44,136 bases of DNA from positions 1 through 44,136 of the forward strand of contig JBFMCE010000020.1 in the NCBI GenBank assembly GCA_040754655.1, in the 5' to 3' direction. Source of the DNA: Bdellovibrionota bacterium. GTDB taxonomy: Bacteria > Bdellovibrionota > UBA1018 > UBA923. A program made the position numbers and the translations under genes. This document shows positions 19,018 through 27,179 of this stretch, piece by piece (the first letter of the stretch is position 1; each line of letters begins with the position of its first letter). Below the pieces are notes generated by a model. The model saw only the letters and a program-made list of their open reading frames with translations, was not told the DNA's origin and did not search any database.

Positions 19018-19788
19018 ATGTCAGGCGAAGAAAAAGAAACAGGCTTTAATACTCTAGCAAACAAAATCACGGCTCTGCGCATCGCGTTTGTGCCATTAGT
19101 AGTGGTTTGTCTTTTTGAAGACTCGCCGCGAGCGGGCTTTTTTGGAGCACTGCTCTTTGGAATCGCAGGCATTACCGACTATTTCGACGGATATTATGCG
19201 CGCACTCGCAAAGCGATCACGGTTTTGGGAAAACTCTTAGACCCTCTAGCTGATAAATTTCTGGTAGTGAGCTCACTCATCATGCTCATGCACCTGGACC
19301 GCATCCATCCGGCCATCGTAATCTTGCTAGTATGCCGAGAGATCGCCATCACCGGATTGCGGGCGATCGCATCGGCGGAAGGCATCGTGATCGGGGCGAG
19401 CAACCTTGCGAAGTGGAAAACAGCCACTCAAATGGCCGCGATTCCCATGCTCATGTTGCACGAGACGTACTTTTTCATTCCCTTTCAAACTGTCGGCACG
19501 GTTTGCATCGGTTTGTCTTTGTTGATCTCGATCTGGTCTGCCAAAGATTACATCGTCGATTTTTTTCGAACGCTTCAAAGCCAGGCCCGCGAGAAGCGAG
19601 AAGAAAAGCGGTTGAAAAAAGCGGCTAAACGCGCGGCAAGGCTAAAACGCATGATCGACAAGAATCCTGATTTGGCGAAGCTCATTCGCGATGCCACAGC
19701 ACCAGGCGTGGGACAGTCCGAGCAGAGCGCTTCTTCGACGGGTGCAGACGTTACAGGCTCAGTCGCCGCTCAGACGAAGAAAGAGTAA
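19018..19788 (+). CDS. pgsA: CDP-diacylglycerol--glycerol-3-phosphate 3-phosphatidyltransferase with C-terminal extension
   Basis: ANKITALR, TDYFDGYYAR..LGKLLDPLADK CDP-alcohol phosphotransferase motif, KWKTATQM. Confidence 0.95.
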   Translation: MSGEEKETGFNTLANKITALRIAFVPLVVVCLFEDSPRAGFFGALLFGIAGITDYFDGYYARTRKAITVLGKLLDPLADKFLVVSSLIMLMHLDRIHPAIVILLVCREIAITGLRAIASAEGIVIGASNLAKWKTATQMAAIPMLMLHETYFFIPFQTVGTVCIGLSLLISIWSAKDYIVDFFRTLQSQAREKREEKRLKKAAKRAARLKRMIDKNPDLAKLIRDATAPGVGQSEQSASSTGADVTGSVAAQTKKE

Positions 19789-19798
19789 AAAAAAGAAC

Positions 19799-19827
19799 TT
19801 GCACAGCCCGCAAGGGTTCGCTATTCA
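19799..19827 (+). promoter_or_regulatory. Sigma70 promoter of tRNA-Gly
   Basis: A-tract followed by TTGCAC-N17-TATTCA. Confidence 0.5.
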
Positions 19828-19851
19828 AATAGAACCTTTCGACATCAGGAT

Positions 19852-19928
19852 GCGGGTTTAGCTCAGTTGGCTAGAGCGTCACGTTGCCAACGTGAAGGTC
19901 GAGGGTTCGAATCCCTTAACCCGCTCCA
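19852..19928 (+). tRNA. tRNA-Gly(GCC)
   Basis: GCGGGTT acceptor stem pairs with AACCCGC; anticodon arm TCACG-TTGCCAA-CGTGA; GGTTCGAATCC T-loop; encoded CCA. Confidence 0.97.
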
Positions 19929-19998
19929 ATTTCTTTGTATACTAAAGTAGTCAACTTGTGCGATAGAGCCTCCAAATACTTTTCGAAGGAGCTCTTTC

Positions 19999-20448
19999 AT
20001 GAAGTCTATATTGAGTTTTACGCTTGGTGCGATCATTATCGCAACGCTACCAGTAGCCTTAGCCGCCAAAGCACCCACTAACGACCCCGTACTCTACCAG
20101 GAAATGTTGAACTGTAAGCTTGCCGGCGAAGCCTCAGAAGTTCCAAAGAGCCTTGAGATTTTTGTTAGCGACCCCGAATTTCGTGGCTCCTCCAAAGGCA
20201 TCATGACGATGAAGATGGAAAATGTTCATGTTCCAGGCGCCGTGACAAGTGTGGCGGTTTTAATCGATGTTTCCGCCAAAGGCGACAGAGTTAAAGGAAC
20301 CGTCAGTAAAGATTGGGACCTTTCATTTAACTCCAAAGAATTGACCGAATACATGTTAGACCGCGGGCCAGAATTCGAGGCCGCTCTAAAAGTTCCGGCC
20401 CGGAAAGATCCTCTTAAATACACATGCACCACTCTGAATAGAAGGTAG
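19999..20448 (+). CDS. Small exported hypothetical protein (two Cys, near the N- and C-ends)
   Basis: AAGGAG SD, signal peptide ending ALA-A. Confidence 0.75.
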   Translation: MKSILSFTLGAIIIATLPVALAAKAPTNDPVLYQEMLNCKLAGEASEVPKSLEIFVSDPEFRGSSKGIMTMKMENVHVPGAVTSVAVLIDVSAKGDRVKGTVSKDWDLSFNSKELTEYMLDRGPEFEAALKVPARKDPLKYTCTTLNRR

Positions 20449-20522
20449 TGCTAAAAGCTGTCTAGAAACAACGTAAAAAGAATCAATTGATTTTTTTACG
20501 GCAAATCTAAAGGCTAGAAACT

Positions 20523-21467
20523 ATGAAAAAGTCATTGCCACTCTTTGTAAGATTGTTTTGCATCTCGTCTGTCTTTCTGTTTTCGAAGTCGCACGCCATC
20601 GTAGGCGGAAAAATCATTCCCGCCGAACTTGCCCCAAACGCCACGTTTTCATGGGTGCTGGCATTCAATATGAACCCGGGAAGCGCCACCTACATCGGCG
20701 ATGGCATGTTTCTCACAAGCCATCATGGCTACCTACTTGCGAAGCCCCAAGACCCCTCATCTTCCTTGAAACCTTTTCTCAGGGTCGTAGACTACAATCA
20801 AAAAGTGGCAGTCAGCAGTTCAACAGACTATGAAATTCTTACCCCGCCGATAGAAGGTTACAAGGAAATGAGGGATTCGAGAGGAAAGAAGATTCAAGTG
20901 CCAGAGCTTGATCTTTCGATCGTGCGCGTGACCGACCCCAAATTGCGCGAGAGGTTAATCCAAACTTACGAACCCTTTAGAACAATTCTCAATCTCGCCG
21001 CTAAACCGGATTTTGAAAGCAAGCTTTACATTGCAGGCTCTGGCGAAACCGATCTAAAAAAAGAAACCGCTTCGGAACGACGAGTGGGCCTTATCGCTGT
21101 CAAGGAAGTCAACGACCGAACGCTCATCAGCAGGTGGACAGAAAACTCAGGCGCAAGCAATGGAACTTTCGGAGACTCTGGAGGCCCTCTTCTCGCAGAG
21201 ACCCAAGGAGCGGTGACTCAAATAGGAGTGACTTCCGGGCGCGCTCTTTATGTCAATGGAGAGAATAAAATAGTCGAGGCAGAAACAATTTTTGTGCTCC
21301 TTGATTATACTCCAGTCAAGGAATGGCTTAAGGGGGTACTGGAATCCCATCAAATCGCTTATTTCATGCGCCCCGCATCGAATACAAACGCACTGGAACC
21401 AGGTGGAGAGCCGACTGCGGCAAACTCCATAAGGAATATCTGTGAGAAAATTTTGAGGGAAAACTAA
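20523..21467 (+). CDS. Exported trypsin-like (S1) serine protease lacking canonical disulfide cysteines
   Basis: SHA-IVGG mature N-terminus; LTSHH (His), DLSIV (Asp), GDSGGPL (Ser). Confidence 0.88.
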   Translation: MKKSLPLFVRLFCISSVFLFSKSHAIVGGKIIPAELAPNATFSWVLAFNMNPGSATYIGDGMFLTSHHGYLLAKPQDPSSSLKPFLRVVDYNQKVAVSSSTDYEILTPPIEGYKEMRDSRGKKIQVPELDLSIVRVTDPKLRERLIQTYEPFRTILNLAAKPDFESKLYIAGSGETDLKKETASERRVGLIAVKEVNDRTLISRWTENSGASNGTFGDSGGPLLAETQGAVTQIGVTSGRALYVNGENKIVEAETIFVLLDYTPVKEWLKGVLESHQIAYFMRPASNTNALEPGGEPTAANSIRNICEKILREN

Positions 21468-21506
21468 AGCAAGCGTTAGTTGAACTTCCCAGGGGGAGTC
21501 TCCTCG

Positions 21507-21554
21507 GAAGTGATCGACTTCTCTCGAGCATGTCCGAGAAGTGATTAACTTCTC
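21507..21554. promoter_or_regulatory. Tandem palindromic operator-like boxes GAAGT-N5-ACTTC
   Basis: GAAGTGATCGACTTC (21507-21521) and GAGAAGTGATTAACTTCTC (21536-21554), 31 bp apart. Confidence 0.45.
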
Positions 21555-21658
21555 CAGCGGAGCTGCGAATTGGTTTTAAAGATAGAAATCTGTTCAAAGA
21601 TTGTAGATAAGAACGTCTCTATTATGGCCTTTAACCTTCCAAGCCTAAAAAGAGCCCT

Positions 21659-22498
21659 ATGAAACTAATGGTTGCGCGCCTTTTCGCACTTTTTATTCTT
21701 ACATTTCAGGCGACATCAATTTTTACAATATTTGACTCTGATGCCGCAAACTTACCACGGCGTCTTAGGCTCGCGAGCCAGAACTCTCGAATGCAACGGC
21801 TGTGTGATTTCTTATTAGTCAAGCCACCTCGATCTCAAGGGCTTGAGGACATTCTTACGCAGCCTTACTCCGACAAATACCCTGGCTTATTGATCATGCT
21901 ACACAACTCAAAACAAAAACACGCAGATCATGAGGAACTGGGAGCAAAAGTTTATGCAAAATTCATTAACTACAGATCAGGTGAAATACTTCTATTCGCA
22001 CCTGCCATGGGTAATCTCGAGATACCGGCATTTGACGGCATTATTTTTGATATCACGAAGATGGCAATAGCGAATTTTTCGCTGAAAACAATATACTCAA
22101 AAATGCCATTGGAAGCAGCCGTCAGAGCAATAAACGCAACGAAAGCTTATTCTGAGAAGAGGAACTGGCTGCGGGCTCATGGTTTCATCCAACCTGCCAA
22201 TGGGCCAGTTATGGAAGGATGGAATAAAGACATGTTGCGCTCAAGACAGTTTGACGAACTTTTCGGATGGGTCCAAGAAGCAACCCATCTCTTCGGCATT
22301 TCGTCTCTGGAATATCGTCCTGCACGGATCGTACTGCATTTTGCCGAAAGTAAGTTTCATCCTGAAGAAGGCTTGGTGCTAGCCCTACAATCTTTGATTC
22401 GAGAAGCCGGCAAGACTGGCGACTCGGTCACTCTTCTTGATGACGCAAAAGCTTTGGTTGTGTCTGGTCATGAAGCGCAGTTATTCAACCTTGAATGA
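21659..22498 (+). CDS. Exported hypothetical protein, possible PD-(D/E)XK-like fold
   Basis: Signal-like N-terminus; HEE..PAFDGII..NFSLKT pattern. Confidence 0.65.
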   Translation: MKLMVARLFALFILTFQATSIFTIFDSDAANLPRRLRLASQNSRMQRLCDFLLVKPPRSQGLEDILTQPYSDKYPGLLIMLHNSKQKHADHEELGAKVYAKFINYRSGEILLFAPAMGNLEIPAFDGIIFDITKMAIANFSLKTIYSKMPLEAAVRAINATKAYSEKRNWLRAHGFIQPANGPVMEGWNKDMLRSRQFDELFGWVQEATHLFGISSLEYRPARIVLHFAESKFHPEEGLVLALQSLIREAGKTGDSVTLLDDAKALVVSGHEAQLFNLE

Positions 22499-22526
22499 AA
22501 TCAAGCGGGAGTTCATTTTACGCCGT

Positions 22527-24026
22527 TCAACGCAATAGCTTAGTGCAAACAAGTGCTGTCGAGGGTTTCTCGGGTTCAGTTTCATAAGGCAGCTTGCGAA
22601 CTTCTCTCAGAAACTTGCGGCCAAGCCTGCGGCTTTGGTCGTCCCTGAACTGGTTGACATCGCCTTTTATCTCTTCGGCGATTTGCCTTAGATTTTTCGC
22701 GATTTCGATTCGTTTGCTCATTGAAGTCGTTTCTTGATGGAGGCCAACTTGGAAGAGAAGCTTGTCGAGCAAGACGTCAAGCTGCTTAGGTTTGATAGTC
22801 TTGCTTTTAAGAAAAGAAACAACCGCCTCACGAGCCGCCTCGCTTGAAATCGACGCGGAAACAAGGGCTCCACCCATCTGTCCGTGCAGAATAGGTTGAG
22901 TGCCATACAGAGTATTCAAAACATGATGTTTGAAATCAGGCCGCAGTTCAGCGATCTTCACAAGGCCTGGAATGACTTTGAACATCGAAATCCATATTCC
23001 CTGGATCCAGAGGGTTTCCGACCTGACCCAATCATTGGCCGCTCTTCGATAACAAAGCAAAATGCGATACAAATAATTCGGGAATCGGGCGTTCAAATGT
23101 TCTAGGTTCTCGCGCAGAGCCTTCCAGGCATCAACGTGGCTATCATGGATCTTTTGCATGACCAGAGGAAACCACTTCTTGAACGTTGCTGCATCTATGT
23201 ATGTCATCGCTGAAAAAAAACCGACTATGGCCTCAGCACGCGTTATAGCGATTTCAGAAGAACCTGCTTTTGATCGCCGCTGTAGAAGTGAGGCTTCAAA
23301 AACAGGTTCAAACTCGCCAAGGTACTGCGCCCGAAATCCGTTCCTCGCCAGGCCTGCAAGAGCGGCATCTCGTACGCCGCGATCTTCCATTCCCCGATCG
23401 ATATAAGCCGCTCCCTCATGCACCAGTAGCAATGCACGAAACGCTTCAGCCGAATGATCAGAAAACTTTGCCCATTCTTTAAGAAGAGGTTCGTAATCAA
23501 CAAGATACCGGCCATTCCACGTTTTCAAGAGCCAGCGTTCTAAGTATTGCCTTCTTTTTTCCTCATCAAGGCTTATGAAATGAAAAAGTTCGCCCCGGGC
23601 AGCTTGTCTGTCCTTCTCACGCTGCTCATGCTTTTTTTTCTGCCTGGCGAAAAATTCTTCAAACTCCTCGAGGGTGCCGGTGAAGGCTGAAGACTTGCGA
23701 GAAGAAAGACCCGGGGCTCCGCCGTAAGCAGACACCCTATCGTATTGTTTTCGAAACTCGTCGTCAGACAAAATACGGTGAGCTTCTGCAATCTCTTTGA
23801 ATCGTTCCTCTGCGGCGGGGTCTGGATTTCGGTCGGGATGGTACTTTTTAGATAAGCTTCGGTAGGCAGCTCTAATCTCGCTTTTGCCGGCGTCTCTGGG
23901 TACTCCCAGAACATCGTAATAATCTCTCTTGGAAGTGGCGTTGGCCAAAGAGTGGAGGAAGAAAAAAGCGGCATAAAACACTACGGTGAACTTGAGGCTC
24001 GAAAAATGCAAAAAAAATGCGCTCAC
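22527..24026 (-). CDS. Signal-peptide-bearing J-domain (DnaJ type III) protein
   Basis: [37 protein letters not shown] after a signal ending LANA; no Zn finger or canonical DnaJ C-terminal domain. Confidence 0.88.
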   Translation of the reverse strand: MSAFFLHFSSLKFTVVFYAAFFFLHSLANATSKRDYYDVLGVPRDAGKSEIRAAYRSLSKKYHPDRNPDPAAEERFKEIAEAHRILSDDEFRKQYDRVSAYGGAPGLSSRKSSAFTGTLEEFEEFFARQKKKHEQREKDRQAARGELFHFISLDEEKRRQYLERWLLKTWNGRYLVDYEPLLKEWAKFSDHSAEAFRALLLVHEGAAYIDRGMEDRGVRDAALAGLARNGFRAQYLGEFEPVFEASLLQRRSKAGSSEIAITRAEAIVGFFSAMTYIDAATFKKWFPLVMQKIHDSHVDAWKALRENLEHLNARFPNYLYRILLCYRRAANDWVRSETLWIQGIWISMFKVIPGLVKIAELRPDFKHHVLNTLYGTQPILHGQMGGALVSASISSEAAREAVVSFLKSKTIKPKQLDVLLDKLLFQVGLHQETTSMSKRIEIAKNLRQIAEEIKGDVNQFRDDQSRRLGRKFLREVRKLPYETEPEKPSTALVCTKLLR

Positions 24027-24133
24027 GGCGGCCTACATAGCATAAGTTCCATCATTAAAATAAACTATTTTAGTTTGTATCGGCGCATAACAAGAAGCAT
24101 GACTTTCCAATCCACCCATTTAACTTAAACGAA

Positions 24134-24163
24134 GCCAGGACGGGTGATTTCACCCGTCCTGGC
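24134..24163 (-). terminator. Rho-independent terminator
   Basis: 14-bp perfect inverted repeat GCCAGGACGGGTGA/TCACCCGTCCTGGC followed by TTCGTTT on the minus strand, just after the stop at 24180. Confidence 0.8.
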
Positions 24164-24179
24164 CCCTAGGGCATCGCAA

Positions 24180-24854
24180 TCAAGGTGCCCCTGTCCAGAT
24201 ATGGCACTTCCCGTTGGTTCTGATCTGCTGGTTCGAGGGGATACCCGTATCGATCTCGATATACGATCCTACGACATGGGGTCCGACATGAAGAGCGCCG
24301 CGTGGCAGGTAAATCGAAGGAAATGGCCCGCTCAAAGCCTGGATTCGCGTGCTCAGCAAATCAGTGAATCGGCGTGAATGGGCTTGGTCATTCCATTTCG
24401 AGACGTTGTCGCATTCGACCTTGAAGAACGGGATCTCACTCGAAAGATCGGGACTCGGTTCCGGCGACTCATCTACGACCTCTCCGCCATCTAGAGTCAC
24501 TTCTTTGTCGAAAACAGCGCTGGCGCGGCAAGTTTTGAAACCTTCTGGATTATTGACATCGTTGTAGGCGCAGACCACGTTAAAGGTCTCGACTCTCCGA
24601 GGAACATCTTGGCCGCAATGCTTGGGTTTGCCTTTGCCCTTTTCCTGACCGTGGTCTTGATGGCCTTCCTGACATCCATCATCCTGGTCGCCTTTGCCAG
24701 AATCATGTTTGTGCGGGCGATCCTTGCCGGAATGGTCTTTTGAGTCTGCTGCAATTGCCTCATCCGCTACAAACTCGTCGGCATCCGCTTGGGTGGTCAA
24801 CCCTGGTCCCAGGGTCAAAATAGAAACAACACTAAACAATAAAATTTTATACAT
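24180..24854 (-). CDS. Exported Cys-containing hypothetical protein (paralog A) with His/Asp/Lys-rich insert
   Basis: AGGAG SD, signal peptide (ADA-D); shares VECD..RRFTD..TRIQALSGP with its neighbour. Confidence 0.8.
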   Translation of the reverse strand: MYKILLFSVVSILTLGPGLTTQADADEFVADEAIAADSKDHSGKDRPHKHDSGKGDQDDGCQEGHQDHGQEKGKGKPKHCGQDVPRRVETFNVVCAYNDVNNPEGFKTCRASAVFDKEVTLDGGEVVDESPEPSPDLSSEIPFFKVECDNVSKWNDQAHSRRFTDLLSTRIQALSGPFPSIYLPRGALHVGPHVVGSYIEIDTGIPSNQQIRTNGKCHIWTGAP

Positions 24855-24884
24855 CTTATGGTCTCCTGTTTTGGTTAATAAAAC

Positions 24885-25412
24885 TCAAGGTTCGCCGGTA
24901 TAGACAAGGCATGAGCCTTCAAGGTCTTGCTCTCGAAGCTCCAAAGACGAGCGCACTTTGCGTCGCCCTTCTTGCAAGGCCTGAGGGGGAAGCAGTATTG
25001 CAGGATAAGGCCCAGAGAGCGCCTGGATCCGGGTTCCTTCGCGGTCGGTAAATCGACGCGCCCCATTATTGAAGAGCGTTTCGCCATCGCATTCGACTTG
25101 AAATGCCGCCGGAAAACTTTCGCCAGAGCTGTCTAGTACTTCGCGCCCCGAATGCGAAACGCTCTTTTCGAAACGCGCAGCCGAAAAGCATCGATAGCGA
25201 TGATCATTTTTTTCTTTGTACCGGCAGATGACGTTGAACATCACCGCATTGTTCGATTGGTTTGAGTAAGCATTGTACTCTTCGAAAGAACCACCTGCGG
25301 TCGGATGCTGCCTTCCTCTGTCGCCACTCTTGGATTTGTAGCTCACCGCCCACGCCGGGTTTAAAAACCCAGATAAGAGAACTGTCGATAGGAACAACAT
25401 CAGGATCTGCAT
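24885..25412 (-). CDS. Exported Cys-containing hypothetical protein (paralog B)
   Basis: Signal peptide (AWA-V); same conserved blocks as paralog A. Confidence 0.8.
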   Translation of the reverse strand: MQILMLFLSTVLLSGFLNPAWAVSYKSKSGDRGRQHPTAGGSFEEYNAYSNQSNNAVMFNVICRYKEKNDHRYRCFSAARFEKSVSHSGREVLDSSGESFPAAFQVECDGETLFNNGARRFTDREGTRIQALSGPYPAILLPPQALQEGRRKVRSSLELREQDLEGSCLVYTGEP

Positions 25413-25451
25413 GAAATGCCCCTTTCAAATCAAAAGAATTGCAGGCCCTGG

Positions 25452-25467
25452 TGCAACTAGTATGCCC
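25452..25467 (-). promoter_or_regulatory. Sigma54 promoter for the paralog pair
   Basis: Minus strand GGGCAT-ACTAG-TTGCA, 40 bp upstream of the ATG. Confidence 0.65.
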
Positions 25468-25644
25468 CGACTGAAACAAAATGATTCAATCGTTGAAATT
25501 CGAAATCGCAAGTTTCCTAGTTTTCTGAAAAATATTGTTTAGTGCACGGGCAGAAATGATTTTGCATGGGACTGAGGAGTCGAATATCGAAACGCGGAAC
25601 AGGAAAATGAAGCGGCTAGGATCTCGGTTTAAGAGAGACGATTT

Positions 25645-26187
25645 CTAAAAGAAAAAACGAAATCCCATCAGACCGCCTTTGCGAAGCGGAAAGAGAGATT
25701 GAAATCGTAATTGATTAGCGATCTCTTGCTCATGAAAGTAGGCGCCGTAAAGGCGCAGAAACTTAAAGTCAATGAAAGCCCCTATTTCATACCGCTGCGC
25801 CTTGATTCTTTCGCCAACCTCACCCGCGCTTGAATTGAAGATATAGCGATACAAACCCTCGAGCCCGAAATGCCTGGTGAAATACAGGTTGGTCGTCAAA
25901 CCCGCAATCACGGACCTCAACTCGCTGTCTTGGCCCCGCAAGCGGAGCCCTCCGTGGAGCGTTAGATTGGTTGTCTGGTTGTGATAGCCGAAGAGTCGCA
26001 TATGAAACAGGGCATTCATGACCTTAGCCGAAGACTGCTCACGTTGAAACTCAAGGCCGAACAATGAGGCGAACCCTGCGATGTGAAATTGAGCGCCGTT
26101 ATAAGCGTCACCCTCTCTTGAGGCGAACTGGTAGTTTCCGCCGAGGTAAAATTCATATGGAGTCGGAGTATGGAGCACCAGGCGCCG
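25645..26187 (-). pseudogene. Probably 5'-truncated outer-membrane beta-barrel gene
   Basis: Alternating amphipathic strands and terminal GFRFFF, but no signal peptide; an in-frame TGA lies 4 codons upstream of the GTG. Confidence 0.5.
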
Positions 26188-26262
26188 TCAGTGAGAATTT
26201 AACCCCCCTGATACAGCGAGTTTCTCTTGGCGCCTTGCCTTCTCTAGACCGATTGGATAGGC

Positions 26263-27132
26263 ATGACCCACATGGATAATCAAAAAGCCCAAGCTGGCCT
26301 CACCGCTTCCAATACGCTCGCTCCGCCCTTTCTATACGGGACGGCATGGAAGGAAGACGATACTCAACGCTGCGTTGAAGAAGCCCTTTCCGCTGGATTC
26401 CGCGGAATCGACACCGCAAACCAGCGAAAACACTATTTCGAGGCTGGCGTCGGAAATGCTTTAGAAAAGTTTTTCTCGCAAGGCGCGCTCTCGCGCAAAG
26501 ACGTTTTCATTCAAACCAAGTTCACCTCGATGGGAGGGCAAGACAATAGGCTTCCCTATGATCCCAACGACCCTCTTCACAAGCAAGTCGAGCAATCGTG
26601 CGCGAGTTCTCTTGAGCACCTGCATACCGACTACCTCGACTCTTATGTATTGCACGGCCCATCCACCTATAGAGGGTTTGGACTCGACGACCAGGAAGTC
26701 TGGCGCGCGATGGAAGATCTCTACGACCAACGCAAGGTGATGCATCTAGGCATTAGCAATGTGACTCTAGAACAACTTCAGATCATCTATGAACTCGCGA
26801 GGGTCAAACCAAGCTTCGTGCAAAACCGTTGTTTCGCCAGCACGCGGTGGGACAGTGAGGTTCGCGCCTACTGCGCCCAGAATCAAATCATTTATCAGGG
26901 ATTTTCCCTGTTAACAGCGAATATCGAGGTATTCCGGAATCCCCGCTTTCTAGAGATCGCCCATCGGGCGAGAAAAACGCCGGCCCAAATCGTTTTTCGG
27001 TTCGCGATTCAGGTTGGGATGCTGCCGATCACCGGCACAACGAACCCCGCTCACATGCGAGAAGACCTTGAAAGCCTGCAGTTTGAGCTGAGTGAAAACG
27101 ACCTTCGAACTATCGAAGGGGCCTTGATTTGA
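26263..27132 (+). CDS. Aldo/keto reductase
   Basis: YGTAW, GFRGIDTA (Asp), HY (Tyr), IQTKF (Lys), YVLHGP (His), LGISN. Confidence 0.93.
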   Translation: MTHMDNQKAQAGLTASNTLAPPFLYGTAWKEDDTQRCVEEALSAGFRGIDTANQRKHYFEAGVGNALEKFFSQGALSRKDVFIQTKFTSMGGQDNRLPYDPNDPLHKQVEQSCASSLEHLHTDYLDSYVLHGPSTYRGFGLDDQEVWRAMEDLYDQRKVMHLGISNVTLEQLQIIYELARVKPSFVQNRCFASTRWDSEVRAYCAQNQIIYQGFSLLTANIEVFRNPRFLEIAHRARKTPAQIVFRFAIQVGMLPITGTTNPAHMREDLESLQFELSENDLRTIEGALI

Positions 27133-27179
27133 TCAGTGACAGAGAATTGTCGTCTAACCCTTTATTGTCGCCGCGCTAC

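Noticed and set aside
19999..20448. C-terminal TCTTL as a tag
   Set aside because: A second Cys near the N-terminus suggests an ordinary intramolecular disulfide.
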